Assembly: GCF_001194135.2 (NCBI RefSeq) | Contig: NC_068989.1 | Coordinates: forward strand, 63,905,252 to 63,969,251 | Length of the DNA stretch: 64,000 nt | Reading direction: 5' to 3' | Source of the DNA: Octopus bimaculoides | Lineage: Eukaryota | Part shown: positions 1 to 12,389 of the stretch, one piece after another | Numbering within the stretch: the first letter of the stretch is position 1 | Layout: each line of letters begins with the position of its first letter | Notes under the pieces: model-generated | Database searches by the model: none | The model's input: only the letters and a program-made list of their open reading frames with translations | Told to the model about the DNA's origin: nothing | Made by a program: the position numbers and the translations under genes

Positions 1-60
1 CCGTCGTATATATGTATATATATATATACATATGTGTGTGTGTGTGTGTATGTGTGTGTG

Positions 61-172
61 TTTGTGTGTCTGTGTTTGTCCCCCAACATCGCTCGAAAAC
101 CGATGCTCGACTAAAGGCAGTGCTCCAGCATGGTCGCAGTCAAATGACTGAAACAAGTAAAAGAGTAAAGAG
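61..172 (+). mobile_element. SINE family A, 3' part only, internally deleted
   Basis: tgtctgtgtttgtcccccaacatcgc...gactaaaggcagtgctccagcatggtcgcagtcaaatgactgaaacaagtaaaagag matches the 3' half of the copies at 1263, 48785 and 59185 and follows a TA/TG tract as they do. Confidence 0.85.
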
Positions 173-799
173 TGTATATTCTACGATATATGAAGTAAAG
201 TGACGAGTGAAAATTCTGTAAATAATAAGAGTCCCCCGTGTATTGGCTATAGAAAATGGTCTAAGATTGGGGCATATAAGGCTGTCGAGGATTTATATGC
301 CCCCTTTTTTTCTACGAGTGCTTATATGACCAAATATTAAATTATTTTCTTTACTCAGTATTCATATGGTTTAACCTTATAATAATAATCATTATTGTCA
401 TAATTTACATTATGTATATATATATATATATATATTCTTTAGATGTATTCTTCTGCCACCAATGGAACCAGGAACCATAGCATTCATTCAATGATTATAA
501 TTTAATTTATATCAATTTTATTTCTGTTTATGCGAAGTATGAAATGAATAATTTCCAAAAGTAAAATATTAATTGCCTTAAAATAAGATAAGTAACAGAA
601 AATTTTCATTTGTTATAATTCCTCTCACAAGTGCTCTTATTGACTCTCTCTCTCTCTCTCTCTCTCTGTCTGNNNNNNNNNNNNNNNNNNNNNNNNNNNN
701 NNNNNNNNNNNNNNNNNNNNNNNNNNNNNNNNNNNNNNNNNNNNNNNNNNNNNNNNNNNNNNNNNNNNNNNNNNNNNNNNNNNNNNNNNNNNNNNGAGA

Positions 800-842
<43 letters not shown>

Positions 843-863
843 CATACATACACACACACACAC

Positions 864-930
<67 letters not shown>

Positions 931-1262
931 TGTGTGCGTGTGTGTGTGTGTGTGCATATATACATACCTACATGTATATGTATATATACAAGCATAGCAT
1001 ATATGTGTACAGGACGTCAAAAAACGTGAACAAAATGAAAAACGAGAACATAAACACAAAAAACATAGAGAACGAGAGGAAAAAGAAAGATAGCCGATGG
1101 TCACGTGTGAGCAACGAGAGAGTCGAGGAGGAAGAGTGAGGGAGAGAGAGGGAGAGAAAGAGAATGGTTAAGGGGAGGAGAAGAAAAACAGAAAGAAAGA
1201 AGAAGAATAGAGGGAGAATAGAGATAGTTGTAGAATGGAACACGTATTATATACAGGAGTAT

Positions 1263-1720
1263 ATGTGTGGTAAAAAGCTTGCAACCACGTGGTTCCGGAT
1301 TGAGTCCCACTGCTCGGCACCTTGGGCAAGTGTCTTCTACCAATGAGTTGTGAGTAGATTTGGTTGGTGGAAACTAAAAGAAACTCGTCGTACATATATA
1401 TTTATGTATGTATGTATGTATATATGTATGTATGTATGTTTGTATGTATGTATGTATATATGTATGTATTATGTATGTATGTTTGTATCTATGTATGTAT
1501 GTATATGTGTGCGTATGCGTATCTTTGTGTCTGTATTTGTCCCCCCAACACCGCTTGACAACTGATGTTGGTGTCCCCGTGACTTAAGGGTTCGGCAAAA
1601 AAGGTCGATAGAATAAGTACTAGACTTTAAAGGAATTGTCCGAGTAGAACCTTTCAAGGTGATGCACCAGCATGGACGCAGACACATATCATTGAAACAA
1701 CTAAAAGAATAATAAAAGAC
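1263..1720 (+). mobile_element. SINE family A: tRNA-like head, CORE-like segment, internal microsatellite, 3' tail
   Basis: B-box-like ggttccggattgagtcc, then caccttgggcaagtgtctt (resembles MIR/CORE gaccttgggcaagt), a (TATG)n tract at about 1390-1515 and the shared 3' half ending aaagaataataaaag. Confidence 0.85.
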
Positions 1721-2328
1721 TCCGTGTGCGTGAGTGTGTGTGTGTGTGGGGGGGGTCTGTGTAGGCACGCGCGTGTATGTGTAAGTTTACATACATATGT
1801 ACATATAACTGAAGAAGTGACATCACTAGATAATCTAAAATGCTGGCCCGTTATATCAGACGAGGTGGCTTTAGTAAATTAGACCCCCGTTTGCAAAGGA
1901 AATGCAAACATAAAAATAACATATTGTATTTTTCTAGAATATTGTATTTACTCGTTAATGAAGTTGAGTGTGGACGTTAGGCGTTGTAGGCGATGCAGAA
2001 ATCATGGCGTTTAAAATGTTATGCTTCGTTTAACCTATCACTAACGAGTGATAGCAAATAAAAAGTTCCAAAGACAGCAAACCATGAAACTGTTGCGTCA
2101 CTAATCACAAAATTTCATGGTAGTTAACATCTATGGAGAATGTTCATGCACAAACATAGTCTCGGAAAAAGTTCATGATGGAAGTGGATGAACAACAACA
2201 AGAGATTGATAGGGAACAAAATAGCAGAAACAGGAGGTTTGATGTGAACAGAGCAAAGGTGTAAGATTGAATCTGTATATATACATGCATGCAAACATGC
2301 ATACATACATACATATATATATATATAT

Positions 2329-2884
2329 CGAACGGATGCCTCTGTACAATGCAGCTATCCAGCCGCGGAAGACGGGACCGAAATCAGCCGCCATGAGGAC
2401 AGCCTCCAAGTATCGATGGTCTACCCTATCGAAAGCTTTCGATTGATCTAAATTGATCAGGGCCCCACCCATGCCAGGTTCCTTAACTACTCTGTCTATG
2501 ATGTTGCGTATCAGGTGGAGGTTGTCATGGATTCTCCGGCCCGGCACGACGCATGTTTGCGCCTTGTCGACCAGTTTCTCGATGACAAGCGCCAACCTCT
2601 TGGCTAACACCTTGGTCAAAATGTTCAAGTCTTCATTGAGCAGAGTGATGGGCCTAAAGTTATCTATTACGTCCCCCTTGTTTGGGTCTTTCTTCAGCAG
2701 AGTTACGGCTCCTTGGCTCACAAAACCGGGGAAGCCCCCGTTTTGCTGCCGGTTGCTGTACACTGCTGTCAAGACGTCTCTAACCAAGTCTGGCATACAA
2801 CCGTAGAGCTCGTAGGGCAGACCATCCAGACCGGGCGATTTGTCCCTCGAGCATTCTGTCATCGCGTTCCGCATTTCCGCCGCT
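2329..2884 (-). mobile_element. L1/Tx1-clade non-LTR retrotransposon ORF2 fragment (N-terminal part of RT)
   Basis: Open minus-strand frame with KSPGLDGLPYELY, NFRPITLLNEDLNILTKVLAKRL, AQTCVVPGRRIHDNL, LINLDQSKAFDRVDHRYL, FRGWIAALY: L1-type RT domains 0-3. No YADD region; both ends abut microsatellites. Confidence 0.92.
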
Positions 2885-2916
2885 AGACAGACAGACAAGC
2901 AGACACACAGACACGC

Positions 2917-2983
<67 letters not shown>

Positions 2984-3085
2984 CATATATACATATAGAT
3001 GTATATATACATCTATATATATATATATAGATGTGTGTGTATATGTATGTATATATAGATGTGTGTGTGTGTGTGTGTGTGTGTA
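2885..3085. repeat. Compound microsatellite (GACA)/(GATA)n/(TA)/(TG)
   Basis: Directly visible tandem units. Confidence 0.97.
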
Positions 3086-3540
3086 TACAAATTATCATAC
3101 CCACAAATACAAACAGTTAGAGCAACTATTTAGTATTAATACAAACAGCTTGTATGTACTATATAACATGAACTAAATGTACTCTAACTGTAGAATGGAT
3201 TAATGTGCCCTTAAAAGTACCCAGAAGCGTAACAAAACTTACATGTAACCTAATCGCTAACTAATAGATAGAATATATTGAAAATGCACTAGAATTAAAA
3301 GCCTTATAATCAACTTACCACACTGTTCGAAATGCGTGAACTTGTCAGCAATTCTGATACGAAAATATATTGAGAAAATGTGCATTGATATGACAGAGAC
3401 TATTTGTAAAATTTGGAACGTCTTCATTGACACAAAATCATTAGTAAGAAACCAGATAACAAACATTGGTTTGATATTGAATGCAGGCAACCAGTGCATT
3501 AACAAAATGAGGTCAATAGAGTACACTAGAATACTGAGTA

Positions 3541-3600
3541 TGAAACAAAACTATGACAGCCAGTCTATAATGAAACAAAACTATGACAGCCAGTCTATAA
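3541..3600. repeat. Perfect 30-bp tandem duplication
   Basis: tgaaacaaaactatgacagccagtctataa occurs twice head to tail. Confidence 0.97.
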
Positions 3601-4279
3601 CATTATTTTCTTATAGAGAACTCCAAAAAAAATTACATCGACAAAGGAAGCGTAATTAATAGTAAGATAGAAATCAAAACAATCGACACACCGGTAGAAG
3701 GTTTTATAACTGCTCAATAAGCAACGAAATTCATATTGTGTTAAAACTTGACAATTGTAACTCCAGTGGCTATGATTAGGTTAATTGGTACATTCCCATG
3801 AACTTTTGCTGCTACCTACAAACAGCAGTAATAACAGCACCACTATTATCACGTTTAACACCACCAATACCTCCTTAAAAAAAAATAATAAAACACACAT
3901 CGAGAAGTTTTCGAAAGTTTATGGAAAGAAGATATGTCATTTTGCGAAACTAATAACAACACTTAGAAAGTATGAACAAACATGGATACGGAATTATTAC
4001 AGACCAGAACATTTGTGTTGTCAATTTCCTAATATATATGTCCACGCACACATAGACATTCACCCACACTAAAACAAACACGCACACGCACAGACATACA
4101 AACATACATAGATCCTTAGAAGGACCGTCTGATGATGGCAAAAAACTACTTTCACACGAAACCACGAGTCGAGACCAAAGATTATTAGTATTACTGTTGT
4201 TATACTATAAAACACTCACACTATTGTTATTTATGTGTGGACGTATGTGAATATATATACATATATGTGTGTGTGTATA

Positions 4280-4540
4280 AAAGTGGCACCCGTCGGTACG
4301 ACGAGGGTTCCGGTTGATCCGCTCAACGGAACAGCGGAACAGCCTGCTCGTGAAATTAACGCGCATGTGACTGAGCGCTCCACAGACAACGTGACACAGA
4401 GTATGGCAATTCTAGCTCGTTGAAAGACAAGTAGTACTCATTTTTGACAGCTAAGTGGACTGGGGCAACGTGAAATAGAGTGTCTTTCCGGGAATTGAAC
4501 TCACGAACTAGCGATCATGAACCGAATACCCTAACCACGC
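4280..4540 (-). mobile_element. SINE family C, tRNA-derived, with internal deletions
   Basis: Reverse complement begins gtggttagggtattcggttcatgatcgctagttcgtgagttcaattccc (A/B-box-like), then aagacactctatttcacgttgccccagtccac; head is related to 29917 and 46985. Confidence 0.75.
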
Positions 4541-4561
4541 AGATACACATAATATTCAGAG

Positions 4562-4624
<63 letters not shown>

Positions 4625-4668
4625 TATAAGTTACTTTTCTTAAGCTCTGTTATATGATAATGTGTGTG

Positions 4669-4709
<41 letters not shown>

Positions 4710-4769
4710 GAAAATATATTGTTCCCTTACAAAATTGTAAATAATTTACTCATATTTTAGTGCCATGGA

Positions 4770-5320
4770 AACTGATCAACACCAGCTGCCAAGCCTCAGC
4801 AAACGCACTACAATCTAGTGATCCCACTCTGTGTTATCCTTCTATGGAGTAGCTTGTCTTGTCTGGCAGAGATCAACCCATGGCAAGAAACTTGAGACAG
4901 CGTTGAATAACATCTGCCACTTGATCACCGGTTGCAGGAAATTCAATAAAGCAAACAACTGGCACTTCCTCGTCTACATTATCCTGGTTGATATCAGAAA
5001 CAAAGAGGCCAGTTGAGACGAGATGACCGCCACGTCTGCCATGGACGTCAGTTCCTGGCCCAGCTACTTAAATTAAGAAGGAGCTTAAGGGATAAAACCA
5101 GACTCCAGCTGTGAATAGTAAAGCTTGAGAATGACCCACCTCCAACTGATAATACAAACTGCTAAAAGATCTCCTTCCTGGCTCAGAAGCAGCTTGGATT
5201 CCATAGAAGACACTCAACTGCTTGAGCACAAGAACAGAGTCCAAATGTGGAGGAAGAGACCAAATTTTGGAACACTATTTTGCACCCTGTTACCTATACC
5301 CTGGAGTTCAACGTTAGAGT
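4770..5320 (+). mobile_element. Degenerate Ingi/Vingi-like LINE, post-RT C-terminal region
   Basis: ACLVWQRSTHGKKLETALNNICHLITGC...DIRNKEAS resembles the remembered YACPVW.RS.H.K.LD..LN..CR.ITGC...PPDIRR motif of Ingi/Vingi ORFs; stops and frameshifts present. Confidence 0.7.
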
Positions 5321-5746
5321 TGAATAAAAATGCAGAGAAGTATTTAAAGAAAAGTAAACTGCCATATTACGATGCGCTTCGAAGAATCGGCAGAAGAACT
5401 TTAATAAGAAATATAAAAGCCAAACTTTAAATAGTACAATATATATGTAAATTTTCTGATATATATTACTATTAAAAGAGAAACGATCAGAAAGTTATCT
5501 TCAGCCAAAACTGTTTTCTAAAATATTCTTTCAACAACATAATACTGAAATTGTTCAAGATTCGCTGTTTCGACGTAAATTCGGTCTTTTCTTTAAGTCA
5601 GACGACATCATTAATGTAACGAATAACAAATATGTCAATGGCGGTTTACGTTCCAGCAGCAAACCGCTACCTTGACCAATAATTTCTATGTGAATACTAT
5701 ATGATAGCACTTTAGACATACTTGCATATTTATGTATGTATGTACG

Positions 5747-5783
<37 letters not shown>

Positions 5784-6170
5784 NNNNNNNNNNNNNNNNN
5801 NNNNNNNNNNNNNNNNNNNNNNNNNNNNNNNNNNNNNNNNNNNNNNNNNNNNNNNNNNNNNNNNNNNNNNNNNNNNNNNNNNNAACTTTGCAAATTATCT
5901 TGTTTTTATTCATCTACCAAAAAAACCGTGAAACGTGTAGCGTGTCAAATACTGTGGATTATATTTTCCACTAAATCTACATTCATCGACGCTGAATCAA
6001 CATATTTACGTATGTATGTTTGTGTGTGTGTATATATTTATTTATGCTTGTGTGAAGAGTGTATGTGTGATTATATATGCTTGTGCACGCGCGTGTGTGT
6101 GTGTAAATGAAAAGTTGAAGAAGAAGAGAGGGAGATAGTATCACGCATAGGGTCACAACATGTATGCCTC

Positions 6171-6233
<63 letters not shown>

Positions 6234-6797
6234 CCATCTAAATACGCAGCTGATTGCTAGCTTAAATATCCTGTAATGGGATCCAAGTTAAAGTTAATAC
6301 CGTTATTAGAGAAAAACTAATGCGCATTTCTGTATGAGTTTATAATGATTGTGATACTGATGAAGACCACAATCACTTAATGATAAATATCTACATGCAC
6401 CAGCAGTATTAAACTATTTCTTTGGCTAATCCTGCATATCTATCGATTGTATGCTGCGCGTTTGTACTAAATTCACTTCATCTGCATGTTTCTGATTCAC
6501 ACATTTATACTGAACACTTATTAGAATGATGAACGCTATGATATAAAGAATAACAAACGTATGTATTGCGTAAAAAAAAAAGCAGTAGAGATTTTTTTTC
6601 CACATAGCTTACAATGTACAACTTCAGTCTTCTAGAATCTAATTTAATAAAGTATGATCGGGTGTAGCTGCCGTAAACTGAACAAGTTTTCTTCGTTGTT
6701 AACATGGATTTGGGTTCCTTCTCGTTATTGAACAACTTCGGACATCGGAAAATGTTCTACTCAATAGCCTTGAAACAATGGAGAGATAGACACACAT

Positions 6798-6834
<37 letters not shown>

Positions 6835-7159
6835 TTACAGACAGATAGACAGACAGATAGACAGACAGATAGACAGACAGACATAAAGACAGACAGACAA
6901 AAACAGACAGACATAAAGACAGACAGACATAAAAACAGACGGACAGACAGACAGACAGACATAAAGACAGGCGGACAGANNNNNNNNNNNNNNNNNNNNN
7001 NNNNNNNNNNNNNNNNNNNNNNNNNNNNNNNNNNNNNNNNNNNNNNNNNNNNNNNNNNNNNNNNNNNNNNNNNNNNNNNNNNNNNNNNNNNNNNNNNNNN
7101 NNNNNNNNNNNNNNNNNNNNNNNNNNNNNNNNNNNNNNNNNNNNNNNNNNNNNNNNNNN

Positions 7160-7214
<55 letters not shown>

Positions 7215-7500
7215 GCTCTTTCTGAGCGACATAGATAGGATCGACCAGACGACAAGGTCACCTTAGAGTAAAGGAACATCTCCACAAGGCCACATCACCC
7301 AGCACTGTATTCCAACGCCACCAACACAGATGGGGATTTCACTACTCACATACTAGCTAGAGGGACTGATGCAGTTAACCTCAGAATCACAGTGGTACAC
7401 TTTAAAAAGAAAAAATAACGACTGAGAACGTCTGACAAAGTAACGTTGATACGAAAGAGATAAATTATAAACACCCAGCAACAAGGTTATCTACAGACCA
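7215..7500 (+). mobile_element. Penelope-like element GIY-YIG endonuclease 3' fragment
   Basis: AT*IGSTRRQGHLRVKEHLHKATSPSTVFQRH (YIG motif with Y mutated to stop, then R..EH) and, after a frameshift, HILARGTDAVNLRIT. Confidence 0.72.
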
Positions 7501-7660
7501 CAAGTCACATATACAGTAAACTCTCTATCTATCTGTATATCTATCTATCTATCCCTCCATCCCTCCATCACCACACCTCTCTCTTTTTCTCTCTTTTTCT
7601 CTCTCTCTCTATGTACCTGGCTATCGACCAATGCATCCATCATTTATGTATGTTTGTTTG

Positions 7661-7707
<47 letters not shown>

Positions 7708-7721
7708 GTCTGTCTGTCTGT

Positions 7722-7756
<35 letters not shown>

Positions 7757-8283
7757 TCTGTCTGTATGTATGTATGTATGCTTGTCCCTCTCTCTATCCC
7801 TCTATCTATCTATCAATCTATCGATCGAAGGATTTGTCTATCTATCTATCTTTGGACCTACCTATCTACCTGTCTATCTATTTATCTATCTACTTTTATA
7901 GCTACTTGTATATCCATAAACCTTTTATATATCTTTAATCTCTTACATCCATGAACGCTTAAAACTTTTATATCTATTAATCTATTAAGGGAAAGTAAAC
8001 CTGTCCTAGCTCCTTGTACTTATTGTTGTTTATCTTGTTTTATTTTCTTTTATTTCTCTCTCCACTTTTACCTTCCTAACCTCTCCTACTACCGGTGTTA
8101 CTATATTATCTTTCTATAATCTATCCATATCGGCTGAGATACAGCAACACAATAAGTGTGATAATATTATTAACTGAACTTGAAAAAGTACAGGGCAAGT
8201 AGTGGACGTTAAAGAAATATTACACCTGAAGCTGGAATTCATATTTGAATAATATGCCGTTTAAACAGAAAAGGGGAGACAAA

Positions 8284-8384
8284 ACCTATTGAGGGAGCTT
8301 CTAAGCAGTAACTTGACCTACTCGTAGTAACAACCAAAATCTGCCAATAGGTCGAGTTGCTGCTTAGAAGATCCCAAAATAGGT
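8284..8384. repeat. Imperfect inverted repeat, 37-bp arms, 27-nt loop; third copy at 8948-9011
   Basis: acctattgagggagcttctaagcagtaacttgaccta (8284-8320) versus taggtcgagttgctgcttagaagatcccaaaataggt (8348-8384). Confidence 0.85.
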
Positions 8385-8419
8385 CCCAGTAATTACGAGG
8401 GAAAAGTCAGACGATTCCA

Positions 8420-8535
8420 TGGATCTCGAAATGATGAAAGGCAAAGTCGACTTCGGCGGAATTTGAACTCAGAATGTAAAGATAGACGAAATACCGCTAA
8501 GCATGTTATCTGTTGTGCTAACGATTCTGTTAGCT
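8420..8535 (-). mobile_element. SINE family B, partial
   Basis: gatgaaaggcaaagtcgacttcggcggaatttgaactcagaatgtaaag...gaaataccgctaagcat is the reverse complement of the head and central domain seen at 61903. Confidence 0.85.
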
Positions 8536-9621
8536 AAGCTCATTGCCTTAAAGAGGAGGCAAAATATTAAAGGCAATACTAGAGGGCGCTAGAGTAGCAT
8601 GTTTTAAGTGTGGTTAAATCTGAAAAGCTATTTATTTTCCCCATACAGCATCCTGTCATTATTATAGATCTGCTCGTTCGTAGCTGACTTGAGAGCTAAA
8701 AGAAACACAACTGTATATTAACCTGTCCTCTCTGTTCATTCACAAACTCGTGTCGCTTGCCAGAATGGTGTCTAGCTTTGATTTATGTGACATTAAATTT
8801 CTAAGAGATAAATAAGACGTAAGTTTCTAGCGACGATGTGCTCCAAGTGGAATAACAAAATACTATACTGAAAGTCAATATTTTATTCATCAATTTTGCA
8901 GCTCTAAATTAATGTATCTTATCTCAACGACATCTGGATGTTAGCTGACAGATATCTGGTTGTTACTACCAGTAGGTCGAGTTACTTCTCAGAAGCTCCC
9001 TCAATAGGTTTGTACAGTAATAATTGTTAGCACGCTATGAAAAGTTTTGTAGTCATAATCCAAACTCAGGTGCCGTTTGGCAATTGCATTAGCCACGTGG
9101 TCGTGGGTGATCTTCAATAATCGATAATCAATAACGTAGAAGAAATGCATAGTTTAATCTCAGACTAGCTCCACTACAAGCTTGGTTTCATCAACCATCT
9201 TTTCATTGACACTAAGGAGAATGAAATAAAAACAAAGTGAAAAGAAAATTCATTTATGAACTGTAGACAATATGGCGGAATACAATGTTCCACTATGGTG
9301 CGCAGAATAGAGAATGGAAAAAAAAAAAAAGAATAGGAATTTGTTATTGCGCACCATCATTGTACACACATTTCCGCCACTCTACCGTATAGAATACGAA
9401 CGGAAAGATAATTGTATGAGCTAAAATACGGATGTCTAATTAAATTGAGAGATGTGTTGATGTGCATATTTCGTTGTATTGATCTTAATACACATACACG
9501 TGCGTATATGTTAGAATGCATGTGAATTTGTGTGTATGTGTGTATATATGTATAATAGATGAGAATACGCCAAGAGGTACAAATATATGTATGTGTGTTT
9601 GTTGTGTGTGTATATATACAC

Positions 9622-9652
<31 letters not shown>

Positions 9653-10537
9653 NNNNNNNNNNNNNNNNNNNNNNNNNNNNNNNNNNNNNNNNNNNNNNNN
9701 NNNNNNNNNNNNNNNNNNNNNNNNNNNNNNNNNNNNNNNNNNNNNNNNNNNNNNNNNNNNNNNNNNNNNNNNNNNNNNNNNNNNNNNNNNNNNNNNNNNN
9801 NNNNNNNNNNNNNNNNNNNNNNNNNNNNNNNNNNNNNNNNNNNNNNNNNNNNNNNNNNNNNNNNNNNNNNNNNNNNNNNNNNNNNNNNNNNNNNNNNNNN
9901 NNNNNNNNNNNNNNNNNNNNNNNNNNNNNNNNNNNNNNNNNNNNNNNNNNNNNNNNNNNNNNNNNNNNNNNNNNNNNNNNNNNNNNNNNNNNNNNNNNNN
10001 NNNNNNNNNNNNNNNNNNNNNNNNNNNNNNNNNNNNNNNNNNNNNNNNNNNNNNNNNNNNNNNNNNNNNNNNNNNNNNNNNNNNNNNNNNNNNNNNNNNN
10101 NNNNNNNNNNNNNNNNNNNNNNNNNNNNNNNNNNNNNNNNNNNNNNNNNNNNNNNNNNNNNNNNNNNNNNNNNNNNNNNNNNNNNNNNNNNNNNNNNNNN
10201 NNNNNNNNNNNNNNNNNNNNNNNNNNNNNNNNNNNNNNNNNNNNNNNNNNNNNNNNNNNNNNNNNNNNNNNNNNNNNNNNNNNNNNNNNNNNNNNNNNNN
10301 NNNNNNNNNNNNNNNNNNNNNNNNNNNNNNNNNNNNNNNNNNNNNNNNNNNNNNNNNNNNNNNNNNNNNNNNNNNNNNNNNNNNNNNNNNNNNNNNNNNN
10401 NNNNNNNNNNNNNNNNNNNNNNNNNNNNNNNNNNNNNNNNNNNNNNNNNNNNNNNNNNNNNNNNNNNNNNNNNNNNNNNNNNNNNNNNNNNNNNNNNNNN
10501 NNNNNNNNNNNNNNNNNNNNNNNNNNNNNNNNNNNNA

Positions 10538-10720
10538 GTAGTGGTGGTGGTGGTGGTGGTGCTGGTGGTGGTGGTGGTGGTGGTGGTGGTGGTAGTGGTG
10601 GTGGTGGTAGTTGTCGTTGTTGTTGGTGTTGTTACTGCTGCTGTTCTGGCAGAGGCAGCAGTAGTAGCAGCAGTAGCAGCAGCAGCAGTAACAGTATCAG
10701 CAGCAGCAGCAGCAGTAGTG

Positions 10721-10753
<33 letters not shown>

Positions 10754-10822
10754 TTAGTAGTAGTAGTAGTAGTAGTAGTGGTGTTAGTAGTAATAGTAGT
10801 AGTAATAATAAGGGTAGTAGTA

Positions 10823-10873
<51 letters not shown>

Positions 10874-10942
10874 AGGGTAGTAGTTGCTGTTGATGTAACA
10901 GCAACAGCAGAAATAATAGTGGTTGTAGTAGTAGTAGTAGTG

Positions 10943-11014
<72 letters not shown>

Positions 11015-11020
11015 TCGGGA
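10538..11020. repeat. Long compound trinucleotide microsatellite (GTG/GTT/GCA/GTA)n
   Basis: Visible tandem triplets; explains the poly-V, poly-G/S and poly-L ORFs. Confidence 0.97.
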
Positions 11021-11817
11021 GCGGCGGTGGTAGTTGTTGGCCTGTTAAAGCCCCAGCGTTTTGTGTTGCATATAGAGTCTATAGATTCATTTTTGTACAG
11101 GTTGTTGATGTTGTTCTTGATTATGATGGTGCTTTGGTTGTGTTGTTATCTATTGTTGATGTTTTGTCTTGGATTTTGTAGATTTCATGATGCTGACGGT
11201 GATGGTGATGGTGATGATGATGTTGCTGTTGTTATCGTCGTACTTATATATTTTTGCATTTAGTTGTTGAGTCAAAATTTATTTTTAATCCCTTTAGAAT
11301 TGCCAAATGCATAAGTATAGAATAACATTTCATTTTCTGATTGGTTACTACTTTTTTCTTCGTGACGTAATAATATGAGAAAATAATACGAACACACGCG
11401 CATGCACTTACACGAACAGACATTCAAACGCATCCGTACACACATGCAAGCATACGCACACACTCACATGTATATGTATACTATATATGTATATGTATAT
11501 ATANNNNNNNNNNNNNNNNNNNNNNNNNNNNNNNNNNNNNNNNNNNNNNNNNNNNNNNNNNNNNNNNNNNNNNNNNNNNNNNNNNNNNNNNNNNNNNNNN
11601 NNNNNNNNNNNNNNNNNNNNNNNNNNNNNNNNNNNNNNNNNNNNNNNNNNNNNNNNNNNNNNNNNNNNNNNNNNNNNNNNNNNNNNNNNNNNNNNNNNNN
11701 NNNNNNNNNNNNNNNNNNNNNNNNNNNNNNNNNNNNNNNNNNNNNNNNNNNNNNNNNNNNNNNNNNNNNNNNNNNNNNNNNNNNNNNNNNNNNNNNNNNN
11801 NNNNNNNNNNNNNNNNN

Positions 11818-11861
<44 letters not shown>

Positions 11862-12183
11862 TGCATATTATATCTATATTATATAATTCTAGTAGAAACA
11901 CCGCCCTCTGGGCGGTTTTGTGCTGGCCACTTGTTATTTTCACATTTGATTCCCAATTCTAATAATGTTTATGATATTTTATGTTTAATTATTTTGTATA
12001 ATAGTTCTCACTTTCTTAGTAAATATTGCTTTCGTTACTTTATCATAGTCATAATCTCTCTTTTTTAAACAAACATCAAGGTACTCCAACTACGGAGTGA
12101 GAGCAGTTTGTTAAGTTTTTACCTTCCCCTCAAAACAACATAGAGATCTCAATTCAGTAGCCCATCTATAAGCTTTGCAGTGG

Positions 12184-12229
<46 letters not shown>

Positions 12230-12389
12230 GAGAGAGAGAGAGCAGAGATAATATTGCAAACAAATATACATGAAATGAAAAAATCATATAAATAAAAAGG
12301 CATAACTACAGGTGTATACGGCCCCGACTTTATTGCGTCAGAACATCCAGAAAATCTCTACAAATACTGCTTAGATGTTGTAACTTCCG

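Noticed and set aside
2453-2806. 117-aa plus-strand ORF
   Set aside because: Antisense shadow of the Tx1-like RT fragment.
3257-3526. Hydrophobic ORF suggestive of a membrane protein (similarly 42820-43080 and 61425-61742)
   Set aside because: AT-rich DNA readily yields F/I/L-rich frames; no GPCR or channel motif seen.
5330-5690. Protein-like plus-strand frames (YLKKSKLPYYDALRRIG; QDSLFRRKFGLFFKSDDII)
   Set aside because: No family recognised and no convincing splice-site pair; cannot be supported as exons without a search.
9516-11263. ORFs of 341-558 aa
   Set aside because: They consist of N-gap X residues and translated trinucleotide microsatellite; not genes.
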